Assembly (NCBI GenBank): GCA_030704615.1 | Contig: CM060734.1 | Location: 23,188,001-23,252,000, forward strand | Source of the DNA: Takakia lepidozioides | Lineage: Eukaryota > Plantae > Bryophyta | Direction of reading: 5' to 3' | Length of the DNA: 64,000 nt | Shown: positions 61,201 to 64,000 of the stretch, piece by piece | Layout of the letters: each line of letters opens with the position of its first letter | Position numbering within the stretch: the stretch's first letter is position 1 | The notes under the pieces: generated by a model | The model's input: only the letters and a program-made list of their open reading frames with translations | What the model was told of the DNA's origin: nothing | The model's database searches: none | Position numbers and translations under genes: made by a program

Positions 61201-61917
61201 ACGACCGAGCCCTCATCCATGATTTGTATGCCAACGAAGAAGATTAGATGATAGATGAAGAACAAGAAAGCTCCAGCGCTTTCTACATCCATCACGACAC
61301 CACGGTGAATTAGCAAGTATTGAAAAAGGTAGCAATACGAGTTCAGGGCACAGCTGCTTTACGACCACCACGAATTTGGAGCATGGCATTACCGCCGCGT
61401 ATACCGTATGGAGAACCGTGGCCATCACGCATGCCCTACAGAACCGTGAACAAATACAAAGCGGCCAACGAATCACTCATCGTGTTAAACTCCGAGATGT
61501 ATGCTCCAAATGACCCCACCGACCGTGGCAATAATGCACCACGAACCATCAATCATAACACGGAGCAAGAACGACGGCGCAATCCAATGGATTGCCAAAA
61601 GACGGCAGAAGATACAGGCAAAACCATTAAACCAATTTGCAAGTACGTATTGTGCACACGCCGCACATCTAAAAACAGACCACTTTCCAAGATGGATGAA
61701 TGCAAACCAACCGAACTAGGACAATCATCAACAACCATCATCCCAATCCAGGATGAACCACGAAGAAAACACCAACGAAAAAAAGTCAAGCATATCCAAA
61801 AAAAAGATGAGATCCATCCAAAACCGTTACCAGAAGCCAAGTGCTTCTTGGTAAATGCGGGCCCGACAATCAAAGCCAACTGCACTTTAAAACCAGGTGG
61901 ACAGCATATCAAGATTA

Positions 61918-63747
61918 CCCACCGCTACATCCCTGCCAAAATTTGGACCAATAAAAAAGGATCCAAGAAAAAAGTGTTGTCTTCGCTCACTATTGCAGAA
62001 CTCTCTATGAAGAGTGCACGAAGTAGAACACAAATCAAGTTTGGAGTGCAAAACAGGGAAGAAACTGTGGTTCTCGGTCCAAATGAATTTTGTTTCCCTC
62101 CCGAATTCGGCACGCACGTTGCATATGGAGTCATTACACATACGGTTCAGAAACAGAATGAGAAAAGAATCATGAGCACGCGAAATGCAGTCCAACAGAT
62201 CCCAGAGCAATAGCAGATCCCAACGGAATTCATTCAACGGGTGAACGGAACGGATGGTTGCCCATCCAAATCATTTTTGTTTGCTTTCAAACTTTGCCAG
62301 TAATTTCAGGACACCCTCTCACAGGTCCCCGACCAATACGAGATCAATCGAAATTCATTCGATGGCTGAACGGATGGTTGCCCATCGAAATGATTTTGTT
62401 TCCCTTTGAGACTTGGCCAGTATGTTCAGTGTACCATCTAAAGAGGTCCCAGAGTAATATGAGATGAAACGAAATTCGTTCAATGGGCCAACGGATGGTT
62501 GCCCATCCAAATGATTTTCGTTCTCTTCGAGACTTGGCCAGCATGTTCAACATACCATCTGACAGGTCCCAGAGCAATACAAGATCAATCGAAATTTGTT
62601 CAATGGGGGCCAATGAGGCGTTCACCTGTCATCCAGTTTTTGTTCATTGCGAAAAAAGAAATCCTGCAATGCGTGCACGGCTATTGCACCCATTGAACGG
62701 ATGTGGTTAAAGCCCATCTTTTGCCAGCATGTGCTTCAATATGTGCAGAGACACAACATAAGACAAAATCATTTGTCTCCCCATCGACGCGCTCAGCCCT
62801 CAACCCATTCGAGAATTTAAATGAATTTGAAGCCAGTAATTAGGTCAACACTGTCTTTTCATTGGGGGTTTCTGCCACATATCGATTTTATTTTTGGCTC
62901 AATTTTGTTCTGCGGCTTCAAACCTCCCACCGCTACATCTCTGCCAAAATTTGGACCAATAAAAAAGGATCCAAGAAAAAAGTGTTGTCTTCACTCACTA
63001 TTGCAGAACTCTCTATGAAGAGTGCACGAAGTAGAACACAAATCAAGTTTGGAGTGCAAAACAGGGAAGAAACTGTGGTTCTCGGTCCAAATGAATTTTG
63101 TTTCCCTCCCGAATCGGCACGCACGTTGCATATGGAGTCATTACACATACGGTTCAGAAACAAAATGAGAAAAGAATCACGAGCACGCGAAACGCAGTCC
63201 AACAGATCCTAGAGCAATAGCAGATCCCAACGGAATTCATTCAACGGGTGAACGGAACGGATGGTTGCCCATCCAAATCATTTTTGTTTGATTTCAAACT
63301 TTGCCAGTATGTTCGGGACACCCTCTCACAGGTCCCCGACCAATACGAGATCAATTGAAATTCATTCGATGGCTGAACGGATGGTTGCCCATCGAAATGA
63401 TTTTGGTTCCCTTTGAGACTTGGCCAGTATGTTCAGTGTACCATCTAAAGAGGTCCCAGAGTAATATGAGATGAAACGAAATTCGTTCAATGGGCCAACG
63501 GATGGTTGCCCATCCAAATGATTTTCGTTCGCTTCAAGACTTGGCCAGCATGTTCAACGTACCATCTGACAGGTCCCAGAGCAATACGAGATCAATCGAA
63601 ATTTGTTCAATGGGGGCCAATGAGGCGTTCACCTGTCATCCAGTTTTTGTTCATTGCGAAAAAAGAAATCCTGCAATGCGTGCACGGCTATTGCACCCAT
63701 TGAACGGATGTGGTTAAAGCCCATCTTTTGCCAGCATGTGCTTCAAC
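61918..63747 (+). repeat. ~820-bp direct duplication (61918-62739 / 62926-63747) with internal ~120-bp subrepeats
   Basis: Offset 1008 bp; CGGATGGTTGCCCATC recurs at 62251, 62371 and 62492. Confidence 0.9.
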
Positions 63748-64000
63748 CTGTGTGCGGCACATGTTAATAACGGCTATGCTACGAGGGATAGACAACGAGG
63801 GTTGCAACGGGACATACTGGGTAGTGATGGACGTACACTACCTGAGCCACAGGCAGAGACGGCTAAGTACGCGGTACTTAGCCAATGGCGGGACAAGGGT
63901 ACATTACCACAAGAGCAGTAGTGGGTAGTGTAGTAACCGTGAGCTGTGAACCACGATATCACACGGTCACGTTAGCATCGGCTTTAACCAATAGAGGGAG

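Noticed and set aside
61320-62213. 297-aa ORF after the G3 integrase as a real gene
   Set aside because: No recognisable motifs, and it runs into the duplicated repeat region; unsupported.

Overview
Eukaryotic, plant-type, repeat-dense window with no host genes recognised. It is a nest of decayed Ty3/Gypsy LTR retrotransposons: a non-chromodomain family in three pieces (G1, G2 and the more diverged G3) plus two chromovirus copies facing each other. Three copies of a large Mutator-like (MULE) DNA transposon sit inside Gypsy pol: E1 1891-18164 (both TIRs, 9-bp TSD with one mismatch), E2 ~33966-41595 (left-truncated) and a diverged, inverted relative E3 ~48950-59374. The MULE is the notable system. 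It encodes a GCM-like zinc domain + DDE + SWIM transposase and, divergently, an intron-containing gene for a ParB/Srx-like domain joined to a beta-class amino (N4C/N6A) DNA-methyltransferase fold. It also carries several paralogues of an unrecognised ~250-aa protein. Its non-coding DNA holds strictly spaced palindrome arrays (22-bp GGAAATGCGG-NN-CCGCATTTCC at a 53-bp period in E1; AATTTCGGCGCCGAAATT at a 64-bp period in E3), and single copies recur inside introns. The transposase and ParB-MTase genes are disrupted (stops, frameshifts, rearrangements) in every copy. Domain calls come from motif recognition by eye, not database searches, and some boundaries are approximate.
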